Below, piece after piece: positions 31,375 through 40,952 of a DNA stretch of 64,000 nt; positions within the stretch are counted from its first letter, which is position 1; each line of letters opens with the position of its first letter. This stretch comes from Candidatus Multivoradales bacterium (GTDB lineage: Bacteria > Acidobacteriota > Thermoanaerobaculia > Multivoradales > Multivoraceae), in NCBI GenBank assembly GCA_965223325.1, contig CBDCWI010000002.1:1952001-2016000 (forward strand). Reading direction: 5' to 3'. The notes below the pieces were generated by a model. The model saw nothing but the letters and a program-made list of their open reading frames with translations, did no database searches and was not told the origin of the DNA. Position numbers and translations under genes: made by a program.

Positions 31375-34300
31375 GGCGACTGGTCGAGGTTGCACTCGAG
31401 CATCGACCCGTGGTTCTGGCCTTCGCCGCCCTTCTCGCCGTCGGCGGCTTGACCGCCATCCGAGAGCTGCCGATCGACGCGTTCCCCGACGTGACGAACA
31501 TTCAGGTCACCGTCATCTCGCAGGCTCCTACTCTGTCGCCGCTCGAGATGGAGCAGCTCGTGACCTACCCTATCGAGCAAGCATGCTCGGGCTTGCCGTA
31601 CTCGACGGAGATTCGTTCGCTCTCCAAGTTCGGGCTGTCGATGGTGACAATAGTTTTCGAGGACGGAACCGACATCTACTTCGCCCGTCAGCTGGTGATG
31701 GAGCGGATGCTGTCGGCCCGCGAAGAGCTGCCCGAACAGGTCTCGTCTTCCTTGGGACCGATCTCGACTGGGCTCGGCGAGGTCTTCCAGTACACGCTCG
31801 AAAGCGACGAACGCGACTTGACGGAGCTTCGGACGTTGCACGACTGGGTGGTCCGCCCCGTCCTTCGAACCGTTCCGGGGACTGCCGGCGTCGACTCGTT
31901 TGGCGGCTTCGTGAAGCAACATCACGTGGTCGCGGACCCGAACGCGCTGCGTCATCAGGGACTGACGCTCAACGATCTGGCCGAGGCGGTGGCGTCGGGA
32001 AACGGGGTGGTCGGTGGGTCGTACCTCGAACGGGGCGCCGAACAGTACGTGGTGCGCGGCGATGGCTGGATGCGCTCAGCCCAGGACGTTCGGGACACCG
32101 TGGTCTCTTACAAGAGTGGCGTTCCCGTCCTCCTCGGCCAGGTCGCCACTGTCGAGAGTGGACATGAGATCCGCCAGGGTGCCATCAGCCAGAACGGTGC
32201 CGGGGAACAAGTCGCCGGCATCGTCCTCATGCTGCGAGGAGCATCGGGGCGCGATGTGGTTGCGGGAATTCGCGAGCGCCTGAACACCGTGCGTGCGAGC
32301 CTGCCTGATGACGTGCGGATTGTGCCCTTCTACGACCGCAGCGAACTGGTCGCGACGGCTCTCAGCACGGTCAGCAGAGCCCTGCTCCAGGGCGCCGTCC
32401 TGGTCACCCTGGTGCTGCTGTTCTTCATGGGCCACCTGCGCTCAGCCCTGGTGGTCTCTCTGCAGCTACCGCTCGCTGCTCTCGCCACCTTCCTCGCCAT
32501 GCGCACCGTAGGGTTGTCCGCCAACCTGATGACTCTCTCGGGGATCGCGATTGCCGTCGGCATGCTTTGCGACGGTGCCATCGTGCTGGTGGAGAACGCC
32601 GTACGAATGCTGGCGGAGCACGAGAGTGGCGAACCGCACCTTCGCCGTCGCCTGGTCACAAGCGCCACTGCCGAAGTCGCGCGGCCGATTCTTTACGGTG
32701 TCGCCGTGATCATCGTCGTCTTCCTGCCGATCGCCACCCTGCAGGGCATCGAGGGCAAAATGTTCGCCCCGCTGGCCTACACGATCTGCCTGGCCCTGGT
32801 GGCAGCTCTCGTTCTCACCTTCACCGTCATGCCTGTCCTCGCGTCCTTACTGCTCAGGCCTGGAGGGTCGTACTTCGGAACCTCGATTCCGCACCCTGCG
32901 GACCTGGCGAGAAGAACCTATCTGCCGGTGCTTGCAGGAACCCTCGGCCATCCCCGGCTCGTCGTTGGTGTTGCCGTGGTGCTGGCCCTGGTGGCTGCCG
33001 TTCTGGTTCCGACTCTGGGCACCGAGTTTCTGCCCTCCATGGACGAGGGCTCCATCGTCGTCCAGCCGTTTCAGCTGCCGTCGGTCTCGCTCACCGAATC
33101 GCTGCGCAACGTGCGACGCATCGAGCAGACGATCATGGAGCTGCCCGAGGTGCACCGCGTCGTCAGTCGTACGGGGCGGTCCGACATCTCTTCGGACCCG
33201 ATGGGAGTAGGTGAGAGCGATCTCTACGTCTTGCTCGAGGATCGTGACCAATGGGAAACCGCCGCCACAAAGGCTGGGTTGGTTGCGGCCCTCAGAGAAC
33301 GCCTCGAGAGCATTCCTGGAGTCGAGTTCGGCTACACCCAGCCCATCCAGATGCGGGTCGACGAACTGATCTCTGGCGTCAAATCCCAGGTTGCAGTCAA
33401 GATCTTCGGCGACGATCTCGACCGACTGGCGACTCTGGCGGAGGAAGCCACGGTGCTGCTTCAGAGAATCGAAGGTGCCGTCGACGTCAAGACCGAGCCC
33501 ATCGAAGGGCTGGGTTACCTCGAGGTGAAGATCGATCGCCAGAGCCTCGGGCGTTTCGGAATCCGAGTCGAGCAGGTCCAGCAGATCATCGAAACGGCGA
33601 TTGCGGGCCGAGTGGTAACGCAAGTTCCCGAGAACGATCGACGGGTCGGCGTTGTCGTGCGGCTGCCCAAGGACTTTGTTGCGCAGGTGGACAACCTCCT
33701 CGCTCTTCCACTCTCCACGCCGGCCGGCGAACGCGTCGAGCTCGGCGAGGTGGCCACCATCGAGCTCGCCGAAGGCCCGGCTCAGGTTTCACGCGAGGAT
33801 GGCAAGCGTCGCGTGGTCGTCGAGCTCAACCTCGAGGGCCGGGACATTGGTGGCTTCGTGCGCGAGGCCACCACAGTTCTCGGAGAGGGACTCGAGCTTC
33901 CGACTGGCTGGTACATCACCTGGGGTGGTCAGTTCCAGCAGCAGCAGCGCGCGATGGCGCGCCTTCGTGTGATGGTTCCAGTCGCCCTGCTTCTGATCTT
34001 CCTCCTGCTCTACCTGAACTTCCGCAGAACCACCCCCGTTCTCTTGATCTTGGCCAACATTCCCCTGGCCCTCGTGGGTGGCGTCTTCGGTCTCAAGCTC
34101 TCGGGTCTCTACCTCTCGGTGTCGGCCTCGGTGGGGTTCATCTCGTTGTTTGGCATCGCTATTCTCAACGGCCTGGTCATGATCGAGTTCATCGAGAAGC
34201 TCGAAAGAGAAGGGCACGCTCGCCGGAGCGCCATCGTGGAAGGCGCCGAGATGCGCCTGAGACCGGTTCTGATGACCGCTGCCACGACCGCGTTGGGACT

Positions 34301-34472
34301 CCTCCCGCTGGTTTGGGCGACCGGCGTCGGCTCCGAGGTCCAGCGCCCCCTGGCGGTGGTGGTCGTCAGCGGAGTGGTCACCTCGACGCTCCTGACCCTC
34401 TTCGTACTCCCGGTCCTCTATCAGCAGTTCGGCGGCGACAACTTGCCTCATCCAAGGAATCGAGCTCCCTAG
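31371..34472 (+). CDS. CusA/CzcA-family heavy-metal efflux RND transporter
   Basis: LPIDAFPDVTN.QV, LGPISTGLGEVFQY, DGAIVLVEN, EGKMFAPLA, RLRPVLMTA, GSEVQRPLA. Confidence 0.92.
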   Translation: MRRLVEVALEHRPVVLAFAALLAVGGLTAIRELPIDAFPDVTNIQVTVISQAPTLSPLEMEQLVTYPIEQACSGLPYSTEIRSLSKFGLSMVTIVFEDGTDIYFARQLVMERMLSAREELPEQVSSSLGPISTGLGEVFQYTLESDERDLTELRTLHDWVVRPVLRTVPGTAGVDSFGGFVKQHHVVADPNALRHQGLTLNDLAEAVASGNGVVGGSYLERGAEQYVVRGDGWMRSAQDVRDTVVSYKSGVPVLLGQVATVESGHEIRQGAISQNGAGEQVAGIVLMLRGASGRDVVAGIRERLNTVRASLPDDVRIVPFYDRSELVATALSTVSRALLQGAVLVTLVLLFFMGHLRSALVVSLQLPLAALATFLAMRTVGLSANLMTLSGIAIAVGMLCDGAIVLVENAVRMLAEHESGEPHLRRRLVTSATAEVARPILYGVAVIIVVFLPIATLQGIEGKMFAPLAYTICLALVAALVLTFTVMPVLASLLLRPGGSYFGTSIPHPADLARRTYLPVLAGTLGHPRLVVGVAVVLALVAAVLVPTLGTEFLPSMDEGSIVVQPFQLPSVSLTESLRNVRRIEQTIMELPEVHRVVSRTGRSDISSDPMGVGESDLYVLLEDRDQWETAATKAGLVAALRERLESIPGVEFGYTQPIQMRVDELISGVKSQVAVKIFGDDLDRLATLAEEATVLLQRIEGAVDVKTEPIEGLGYLEVKIDRQSLGRFGIRVEQVQQIIETAIAGRVVTQVPENDRRVGVVVRLPKDFVAQVDNLLALPLSTPAGERVELGEVATIELAEGPAQVSREDGKRRVVVELNLEGRDIGGFVREATTVLGEGLELPTGWYITWGGQFQQQQRAMARLRVMVPVALLLIFLLLYLNFRRTTPVLLILANIPLALVGGVFGLKLSGLYLSVSASVGFISLFGIAILNGLVMIEFIEKLEREGHARRSAIVEGAEMRLRPVLMTAATTALGLLPLVWATGVGSEVQRPLAVVVVSGVVTSTLLTLFVLPVLYQQFGGDNLPHPRNRAP

Positions 34473-34863
34473 GAGAAGCGCGCTTACCGGGAAGTTCGGC
34501 CAAGGAGTTCAGCGGACACGAGCATTTTTAGCGAAACGACCGCCACTCAGAGAGGCGCGCGCAACTCAGCTGGGAAGTCGCCCGTGCTCCCACCCTTCAA
34601 GTAGGCCCACGGGATCGGCTCTTCGATCTCGCGTGGGAGCGCTCCGCAGCCGAATGAAGCGCCTCGTGTTGCTCCCTTCGGACCGAAGGTCCACTCAGGG
34701 TATGGTGTCTCTGAGACCTCTTCGTATCCTGAGACAATGTCCTGCAGATCATCGCCGACTGGCTTGCAGGGTTGAAACCTACGCTGATTCCGCAGCCTGA
34801 GGACAGACGCTGACTTCGGAGCGATCTCCCCGTCTCATCACGACAAACTCCCTAGGATGCTGC

Positions 34864-36666
34864 GTGAATCTCGAGCAAGGACTGGTCTTGGTGGTTCTCG
34901 TCGGTCTGCTGGCAATGTTCCTGTGGGGGCGTTGGCGCTACGACGTAGTCGCCGTCGCCGGCCTTCTGCTGTTGGGAGCCGTCGGAGTAATTCCACCGGA
35001 GGAGCTCTTCAGCGGTTTTAGCAGCCCAGCCGTGATCACCGTCGGAGCCGTTCTCGTAGTGAGTGCGGCGCTCGGTCGTTCGGGCGTCGTCGACTTCTTG
35101 GCCAGATCGGCCCTCCAGCTAGCGGGCGCTTCGACGACGGGGCAGGTCTTCGCATTGGTATTGCTGGGGCTCGTCTGCTCGTCGTTCATGAACAACGTGG
35201 GCGCCCTTGCACTCCTGCTCCCAGTTGCCCTCCGCATCTCGGAGACTACAGGCATCTCGCGCAGCAAACTGCTCATGCCTCTGGCCTTTGCTTCGCTGCT
35301 TGGCGGGATGACTACTCTTATCGGTACACCACCCAACATCATCGTCTCCGGCTTTCGCCAGGCCTCGCTGGGCGAACCTTATCGGCTCTTTGACTACACC
35401 CCGGTAGGTCTCGCGATTGTCGGCCTCGGCCTCCTCTACCTACCCACCGTAGGCTGGCGCCTGATTCCCGAGCGGCGTTCCGAGAACATGAGCGAACGGT
35501 TCGAGCTCGGCCACTACGTGACCGAGTTTCTGTTGGCGGAAGGGAGCGCGCTCGAGGATCGGAAGGTGGCCGCATTGGCCGAGCTCGGACTCCCGGAGAT
35601 CGTCGTTCTATCCGTGGTTCGGGGCGGGCATCGCACGGCCATGCCATCACCAGAGATGAAGCTCGAAGTTGGGGATCGGCTGCTCATCGAGGTCGATCCT
35701 CGCCATGTGGACGAGTTCGTGGAGCAAACCCGGCTCGAGCTCTACCCCGCTGAAAACGACTCGACCGACAAAGAAGACGGAAACTCGGGCTCCCGCCACA
35801 AGATCGAGGCCGAGGACGTAGCCCTCGTTGAGGCCCTGGTGCTCCCAGCATCGCGACTCGTGGGCACCTCGGCGCGAGCCAGCAACCTCCGCAATCTTCA
35901 TCGGGTCAGCTTGATCGGTGTCGCGCGACGGGGTGCCTTCGTGCGTGGTTCAGTCGGTGACCTCGTGCTGCGGCCGCTCGACCTGATCTTGCTGCAGTGC
36001 GCCCGTAAGCGTCTTTCACCGACCCTCTCGGAGCTCGGCCTGCTTTCGTTAGCGCAGCACGAAAGCCTGCGTTCCTCGAAACGCCAACTCCTGCTGACGA
36101 CCGTGATTTTTGCGGCAGCGATTGTTGTGGTCGCCATGGGTTGGTGGTCTGCGGCCATGGCCTTTGCCACTGCGGCGATCGTCATTGTGCTCTCTGGACT
36201 CCTACCTACGCAGGAGATCTACAAGTCCATCGACGCATCGGTGATCGTACTCTTGGCGGCTCTCATTCCGGTTGGTCGTGCGTTTGAGTCGACAGGAGCC
36301 GCCGCTACCCTTGCTGACTTCATGATCGGACTCGTCGGCGGGCTTGCCCCCGTGTGGGTGCTGGGCACATTGATGCTGGTGACCATGATGCTTTCGGACA
36401 TCATGAACAATGCCGCAACCGCTGTCGTCATGGCACCGATTGCACTCGAGATCTCGAAGACCCTAGGCCTGGCGGCCGACCCATTTCTCATGGCCGTGGC
36501 CATCGGCGCGTCTTCCGCCTTCTTGACTCCGGTCGGCCATCAGTCGAACCTGTTGGTGGTGAACCCGGGGGGCTATCGTTTCTCGGACTTCTGGCGCCCA
36601 GGTCTGCTGTTGGAGCTGATGATCGTCGCAGTCACGTGTCCGTTGCTTCTCCGGATCTGGGGCTAG
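34864..36666 (+). CDS. SLC13-family permease with two TrkA-C domains
   Basis: FMNNVGA, LGGMTTLIGTPPN, IMNNAAT, FLTPVGHQSNLLV..PGGY.F.DF; central soluble TrkA_C pair. Confidence 0.88.
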   Translation: MNLEQGLVLVVLVGLLAMFLWGRWRYDVVAVAGLLLLGAVGVIPPEELFSGFSSPAVITVGAVLVVSAALGRSGVVDFLARSALQLAGASTTGQVFALVLLGLVCSSFMNNVGALALLLPVALRISETTGISRSKLLMPLAFASLLGGMTTLIGTPPNIIVSGFRQASLGEPYRLFDYTPVGLAIVGLGLLYLPTVGWRLIPERRSENMSERFELGHYVTEFLLAEGSALEDRKVAALAELGLPEIVVLSVVRGGHRTAMPSPEMKLEVGDRLLIEVDPRHVDEFVEQTRLELYPAENDSTDKEDGNSGSRHKIEAEDVALVEALVLPASRLVGTSARASNLRNLHRVSLIGVARRGAFVRGSVGDLVLRPLDLILLQCARKRLSPTLSELGLLSLAQHESLRSSKRQLLLTTVIFAAAIVVVAMGWWSAAMAFATAAIVIVLSGLLPTQEIYKSIDASVIVLLAALIPVGRAFESTGAAATLADFMIGLVGGLAPVWVLGTLMLVTMMLSDIMNNAATAVVMAPIALEISKTLGLAADPFLMAVAIGASSAFLTPVGHQSNLLVVNPGGYRFSDFWRPGLLLELMIVAVTCPLLLRIWG

Positions 36667-36888
36667 CATCGAGACCGCGCGGTTGTTCTCGGCCAGGCAA
36701 CAAGGCAACGAGAAACAGCCCCGAATTGGAAGCGTGATTTGAGGCTATTTACGCAAGTTGAGGTCGTTTCCGCGACCTCGCCTCGGAGTTGGCAAGTGTA
36801 GTGGGCGATTTCAGGCCCTGCGGTGGGCGACTCTGCGCAGCCATCTCTGTGCATCACCGATCCCCTCCCTCGTCAAACATCCTAGCGC

Positions 36889-37746
36889 TCAGTACAACAG
36901 CTCCACCCATCTCCCCCCGGCAAGGAGCTCCGCCTTCCTGCGCTGCCAGGCCTCGGCCGACCCCAGGATCCCACTCAGTACATGGTCGAGCTCATCGCGG
37001 ATGTGCTCTAGACCCGCTACGTACACGTAGGTGCGAGGCTGGCCGAGCATTTCGACCAGCTCCTCGGCGCGCTCTTCGAGGGCAGAGTCCCAGGCAATCG
37101 GCGCACCCCAAGCTGGGCGCGGACTCAGTGCCTTCACCGCCTCGAAGGTGTCGCAGTCGTAGTACTGAGCGAAGTCATCGCGCTCGTCGTTCATGTAGAG
37201 CAGCTCGAGGCCAGTTCTTCCGCCGTAGTACAGCCGCACTTCTCCCTGCCAGTCCGGAATGTTCTGGTAGATGTGCTTGACCAGCGTCCTGAAGGGAGCG
37301 ATGCCGGTACCGGTGCCGACCAGGATCAGGCTGGCGTCCCTTTCTCGTGGCACCTGAAAGGGCATGCCATAGGGACCGGCCAGGATCAAAGTCTCGCCCT
37401 GCCTAAGGTCGCACAGGAAGTTCGACGCGATGCCTTCGAACTCCTCACCGCTGTACTCGTCGACGTAGCGACAGCGCTTGACGCAGATCTTGATGCGCTG
37501 GTGGGTCGCGTCGGCCTCGGGAAGGTCGGCAACGCTGTAGAGACGGAGGTGATCGTACTCGCCGAAGGCGCGGTCGCCGGGGGCCAGGACGCCGACGCTC
37601 TGCCCTACCTCGAAGGCGGTGTCGCGCTTGGCGAACTCGAGCAGAAGCTCGCGTACCTCGTCGTCAGACTGTTCGGAGGTGATGCGCTCGGACGACAGTA
37701 CGGTCGCCTCATAGCGTTCGCTGGTGTCGTAGTCCTGGAGTCTCAT
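36889..37746 (-). CDS. Ferredoxin--NADP+ reductase (plant-type FNR fold)
   Basis: LRLYSVA, ICVKR, GIASNFLC, GTGTGIAPF, ALSPR, C-terminal VELLY. Confidence 0.85.
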   Translation of the reverse strand: MRLQDYDTSERYEATVLSSERITSEQSDDEVRELLLEFAKRDTAFEVGQSVGVLAPGDRAFGEYDHLRLYSVADLPEADATHQRIKICVKRCRYVDEYSGEEFEGIASNFLCDLRQGETLILAGPYGMPFQVPRERDASLILVGTGTGIAPFRTLVKHIYQNIPDWQGEVRLYYGGRTGLELLYMNDERDDFAQYYDCDTFEAVKALSPRPAWGAPIAWDSALEERAEELVEMLGQPRTYVYVAGLEHIRDELDHVLSGILGSAEAWQRRKAELLAGGRWVELLY

Positions 37747-37961
37747 GTTCCTACTTCCTCTTTTGGTGGCACGCTCGTTCCACGACCCGAACGCTCACAA
37801 GGCCCGCGGCACCCACAGTTTCCACAGGCGAACAGACGCTCGAGGGCGTCTTCGCTGGACCTTTCGGGAAAGCTGCGCTGCCAGGCACGCTGAATCAGCA
37901 GCCAAGGCAGGATCAGCACTGAAATCGCGGCGCAGGCGAGCAGGAGATCGATCGTGTTCAT
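37743..37961 (-). CDS. Small membrane protein with C-terminal Cys cluster
   Basis: One TM helix then CGNCGCRGPC; stop overlaps the FNR start (ATGA); purine-rich RBS upstream. Confidence 0.6.
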   Translation of the reverse strand: MNTIDLLLACAAISVLILPWLLIQRAWQRSFPERSSEDALERLFACGNCGCRGPCERSGRGTSVPPKEEVGT

Positions 37962-37988
37962 CTTTCTTTGACCTCTTTCGATCGGTCC

Positions 37989-38570
37989 TCAGCTGGTGAG
38001 GCCGGCGAAACCCATAAAGGTGAGCGACAGGATGCCGGCGACAATCAGAGTGATGGCCGCACCCTGCACCAGGTCGGGAGTCTGGGCGAGCTCGAGCTTC
38101 TCGCGCACTCCGGCCATCAACACCAACGCGAGGGTGAAGCCGGCGCCCGCGCCCAGGGCGAAAACGAGTGCCCCGAGGAAGCCGTAGCCACGGTTGGTCT
38201 GAAACAACACCACGCCGAGAATGGCGCAGTTGGTGGTGATCAAGGGCAGGAAGATGCCGAGGGCACGGAACAGCGCCGGACTGGTCTTCTTGATGAACAT
38301 CTCCACCAGCTGCACGGTCGAGGCGATGACCACGATGAAGGCGATCAGGCGCAGGAAGGGTACGCCCAGGTAGAGCAGCAGGCTGTTGATGGCGTAACCG
38401 CACACCGAGCTCACCAGCATCACAAAGGTCACCGCCGCCCCCATGCGGGTGGCGGTCTCGAGCTTGGCCGACACGCCGAGGAAGGGGCAAATGCCCAGGA
38501 AGTAGGCCAGCACGAAGTTGTTGATCAGGCACGCGCCGAGGAAGATCGAGAACAGGGAGGACTCGCTCAT
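37989..38570 (-). CDS. rnfA: Rnf electron transport complex subunit A
   Basis: NNFVLAYFLGICPFLGVS, LGIFLPLITTNCAILG, LSLTFMGF.GL. Confidence 0.93.
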   Translation of the reverse strand: MSESSLFSIFLGACLINNFVLAYFLGICPFLGVSAKLETATRMGAAVTFVMLVSSVCGYAINSLLLYLGVPFLRLIAFIVVIASTVQLVEMFIKKTSPALFRALGIFLPLITTNCAILGVVLFQTNRGYGFLGALVFALGAGAGFTLALVLMAGVREKLELAQTPDLVQGAAITLIVAGILSLTFMGFAGLTS

Positions 38571-39208
38571 GCGGATCCCTCCCCGGCGCGCCGCTCGCGG
38601 CGCTGCTTCATAGCTTGGAACAGCAGCAGCCACGCTGCCAGGGTGAAGAAGCCGCCCCCGGGCAGGATCATCACCACCCAGGGCTCGAACGCGTCGTGAA
38701 AGAGACCAACCCCAAACAGCGAGCCGGCCCCCAAGATCTCACGTACAGCTCCCAGGGTGAAGAGGCCAAAGGTGAAACCGGCGCCCATGCCCAGCCCGTC
38801 GAGCAGCGAGCGAAACACGGTGTTCTTCGAGGCGAAGGCTTCGGCGCGTCCGAGGATCAGGCAGTTCACCACGATCAGAGAGATGAAGGCGCCGAGCGCC
38901 TTGTGCAGGTCGAGGCTGATCGCTTGGATCAGATAGTCGACCACTGTGACGAAGGTGGCGATGATCAGGATGTAGGTGGCAATGCGCACCTGGCGCGGAA
39001 TGAAGTGGCGCAACGACGACACCAGCAAGTTCGATAGCACCAGTACGAAGGTGGTGGCAAGGCCCATGGCCAGTGCGTTGATGGCACTGTTCGACACTGC
39101 CAGTACCGGACACATCCCGAGCAGCTGCACGAACACCGGGTTCTCACGCCAGAGCCCCTTGACCATCTCGTCGGCAGCCGGCGGCGGGGCGTCTTCGAGT
39201 ATGGTCAC
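38567..39208 (-). CDS. rnfE: Rnf electron transport complex subunit E
   Basis: GLWRENPVFVQLLGMCPVLAV, LIVVNCLILGRAEAFA, VREILG.G, ILPGGGF; GTG start overlaps the rnfG stop. Confidence 0.93.
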   Translation of the reverse strand: MTILEDAPPPAADEMVKGLWRENPVFVQLLGMCPVLAVSNSAINALAMGLATTFVLVLSNLLVSSLRHFIPRQVRIATYILIIATFVTVVDYLIQAISLDLHKALGAFISLIVVNCLILGRAEAFASKNTVFRSLLDGLGMGAGFTFGLFTLGAVREILGAGSLFGVGLFHDAFEPWVVMILPGGGFFTLAAWLLLFQAMKQRRERRAGEGSA

Positions 39209-39891
39209 TTCGAGTCCTCCTCGAAGGTGCTCGAGCGGCGCTCCACCAGCGGCACCCAGCGCTCGGTGCTGACGCGCAGCAGCTCCCCCACCGCCACCGA
39301 CGAAATGGTGGCGCCTGAGATGCCGTCGACCTGCCAAGGCTCGGTCTTGGCGCCGTCGGCAACCGCCACGATGGCGTGGCGCGGTGCACTACCGTCCTCG
39401 TTCAGGCGGACGTCGAGACGCTCGAAGTTGGCGAGGAACTCTTCGTCGGTCTCGATGCGATCGCCTAGACCCGGAGTCTCCCGGCTCTCCAGCACTTCGA
39501 AGCCGATGATTGCGTCGTGCTCGAGCGAGTAGCCGTAGAGGACACGGATCATGTCCTGGTAGCCCATGCCCGCCGCTTCGATCGCGACTCCGGCCAGCGA
39601 ACCGTCAACGCGATAGCCGGCGTGGACCCGCTCGCCCGCCTCTCCCTCGGCGCCACTTTCCTCGGCGCCAACGAAGTCGTCGCCCTCGAGGCGTAAGGAC
39701 CGGGTGCTGACCGTCTCGGGCAACACTTCGAGAATGGCGCGCTCGAGCGCCTCGGCACGGTTGCGCTCAATGGTCTCGGCGGTCGATTGGTGCACTACCA
39801 CGATGAGCAAGGCACAGGCCAGGCCCACTCCGACCATCGCCCGGTAGAGCGGCCAGAGCGGGGTCTGCGGTAACGTCTGAGGAGCGGTCAC
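39205..39891 (-). CDS. rnfG: Rnf electron transport complex subunit G
   Basis: N-terminal TM, GYQD.I, ETPGLGDRI, VDGISGATISS (covalent FMN Thr). Occupies the C-terminal part of ORF 39205..40728. Confidence 0.9.
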   Translation of the reverse strand: MTAPQTLPQTPLWPLYRAMVGVGLACALLIVVVHQSTAETIERNRAEALERAILEVLPETVSTRSLRLEGDDFVGAEESGAEGEAGERVHAGYRVDGSLAGVAIEAAGMGYQDMIRVLYGYSLEHDAIIGFEVLESRETPGLGDRIETDEEFLANFERLDVRLNEDGSAPRHAIVAVADGAKTEPWQVDGISGATISSVAVGELLRVSTERWVPLVERRSSTFEEDSK

Positions 39892-40952
39892 GTCACCACC
39901 TCCTTCGCCGCCGGCTTCGCGCGCCGGGCGCCGTACACCCGCGGCCGGATCCACTGGTCGATCAGCGGCGACGCCGCATTGGCGAACAGGATGGCGTACA
40001 TCACACCTTCGGGCATGCCGCCCCAGATCCGGATCACCACCACCAGCACGCCGATCAGGCCGCCGTAGAGCCAGAGTCCAACCTTGGTCATCGGAGTAGC
40101 CACCATGTCGGTGGCCATGAACACGGCACCCAGCATCAGACCGCCTGCCAGGAGCATGAAGGCGGCGTCGGGGTGGACTGGGTCGAGGGCATGCAGGATG
40201 GTGCTTAGCACTGCGACGGTACCCAGAATCGCCACTGGGATCTGCCAACTCATCATCCGGCGTATCGCCAAATAGAGGCCGCCGAGCAGAATCAGCACGG
40301 CACAGGTCTCGCCGGTGGAACCCGAGACCATCCCCAGGGCGAGGTCGCCCGTGGCTGTGAGTTGCTGTTCGAACTTCATGGCGGAGAGCGGCGTCGGCCC
40401 ACTCACTGCGTCGTAAGTCGGTCTGCTGAAGGGCAGCGCCAGGGTGGACGACGGCAAACGCGTGAAGCGCTCGACCAGGAAGGATGGCTGCCAGCTGGTC
40501 ATCGCGGCTGGAAACGCCGCCTGGGCGAAGGCTCGACCTACCAGCGCCGGATTGAAGGCGTTGTAGCCTAGGCCGCCGAACAGCAGCTTGCCCACCACCA
40601 TGCCGAACACAGCGCCCGTAGCGTTCATCCACAGCGGCAAACCGGGTGGAAGGGTCAAGCCGTAGAGCAGGCCGGTGATCACCGCCGACCAATCGCTGAC
40701 GCTCGACGCCTTCCCTGAGAGCCGACAAGCCGCAGCTTCGGTGGCGACGCAGCTGCCAACCGCCACCGCCAAGGTTGCGAGCGCCGCCAAGCCAAAGGCG
40801 TAGACACCGAAGGCCGCCACGGGCAGCAGCGCCCAGACAACGTTGCGCATGATCACGTCGACACTGCGTCCGCTCATGATGTGCGGCGACGACTGGATCT
40901 CAAGCGTCTTGCGGAGACCGGAGGCGGAGCCCGCCTGGGAGGGGATGGTCAC
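39888..40952 (-). CDS. rnfD: Rnf electron transport complex subunit D
   Basis: SSPHI, KLLFGGLG.N.FNPALVGRAF, DAVSGPTPL (FMN Thr), GSTGET, FMATD...P, PEGV.YAIL..N. Confidence 0.93.
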   Translation of the reverse strand: MTIPSQAGSASGLRKTLEIQSSPHIMSGRSVDVIMRNVVWALLPVAAFGVYAFGLAALATLAVAVGSCVATEAAACRLSGKASSVSDWSAVITGLLYGLTLPPGLPLWMNATGAVFGMVVGKLLFGGLGYNAFNPALVGRAFAQAAFPAAMTSWQPSFLVERFTRLPSSTLALPFSRPTYDAVSGPTPLSAMKFEQQLTATGDLALGMVSGSTGETCAVLILLGGLYLAIRRMMSWQIPVAILGTVAVLSTILHALDPVHPDAAFMLLAGGLMLGAVFMATDMVATPMTKVGLWLYGGLIGVLVVVIRIWGGMPEGVMYAILFANAASPLIDQWIRPRVYGARRAKPAAKEVVT

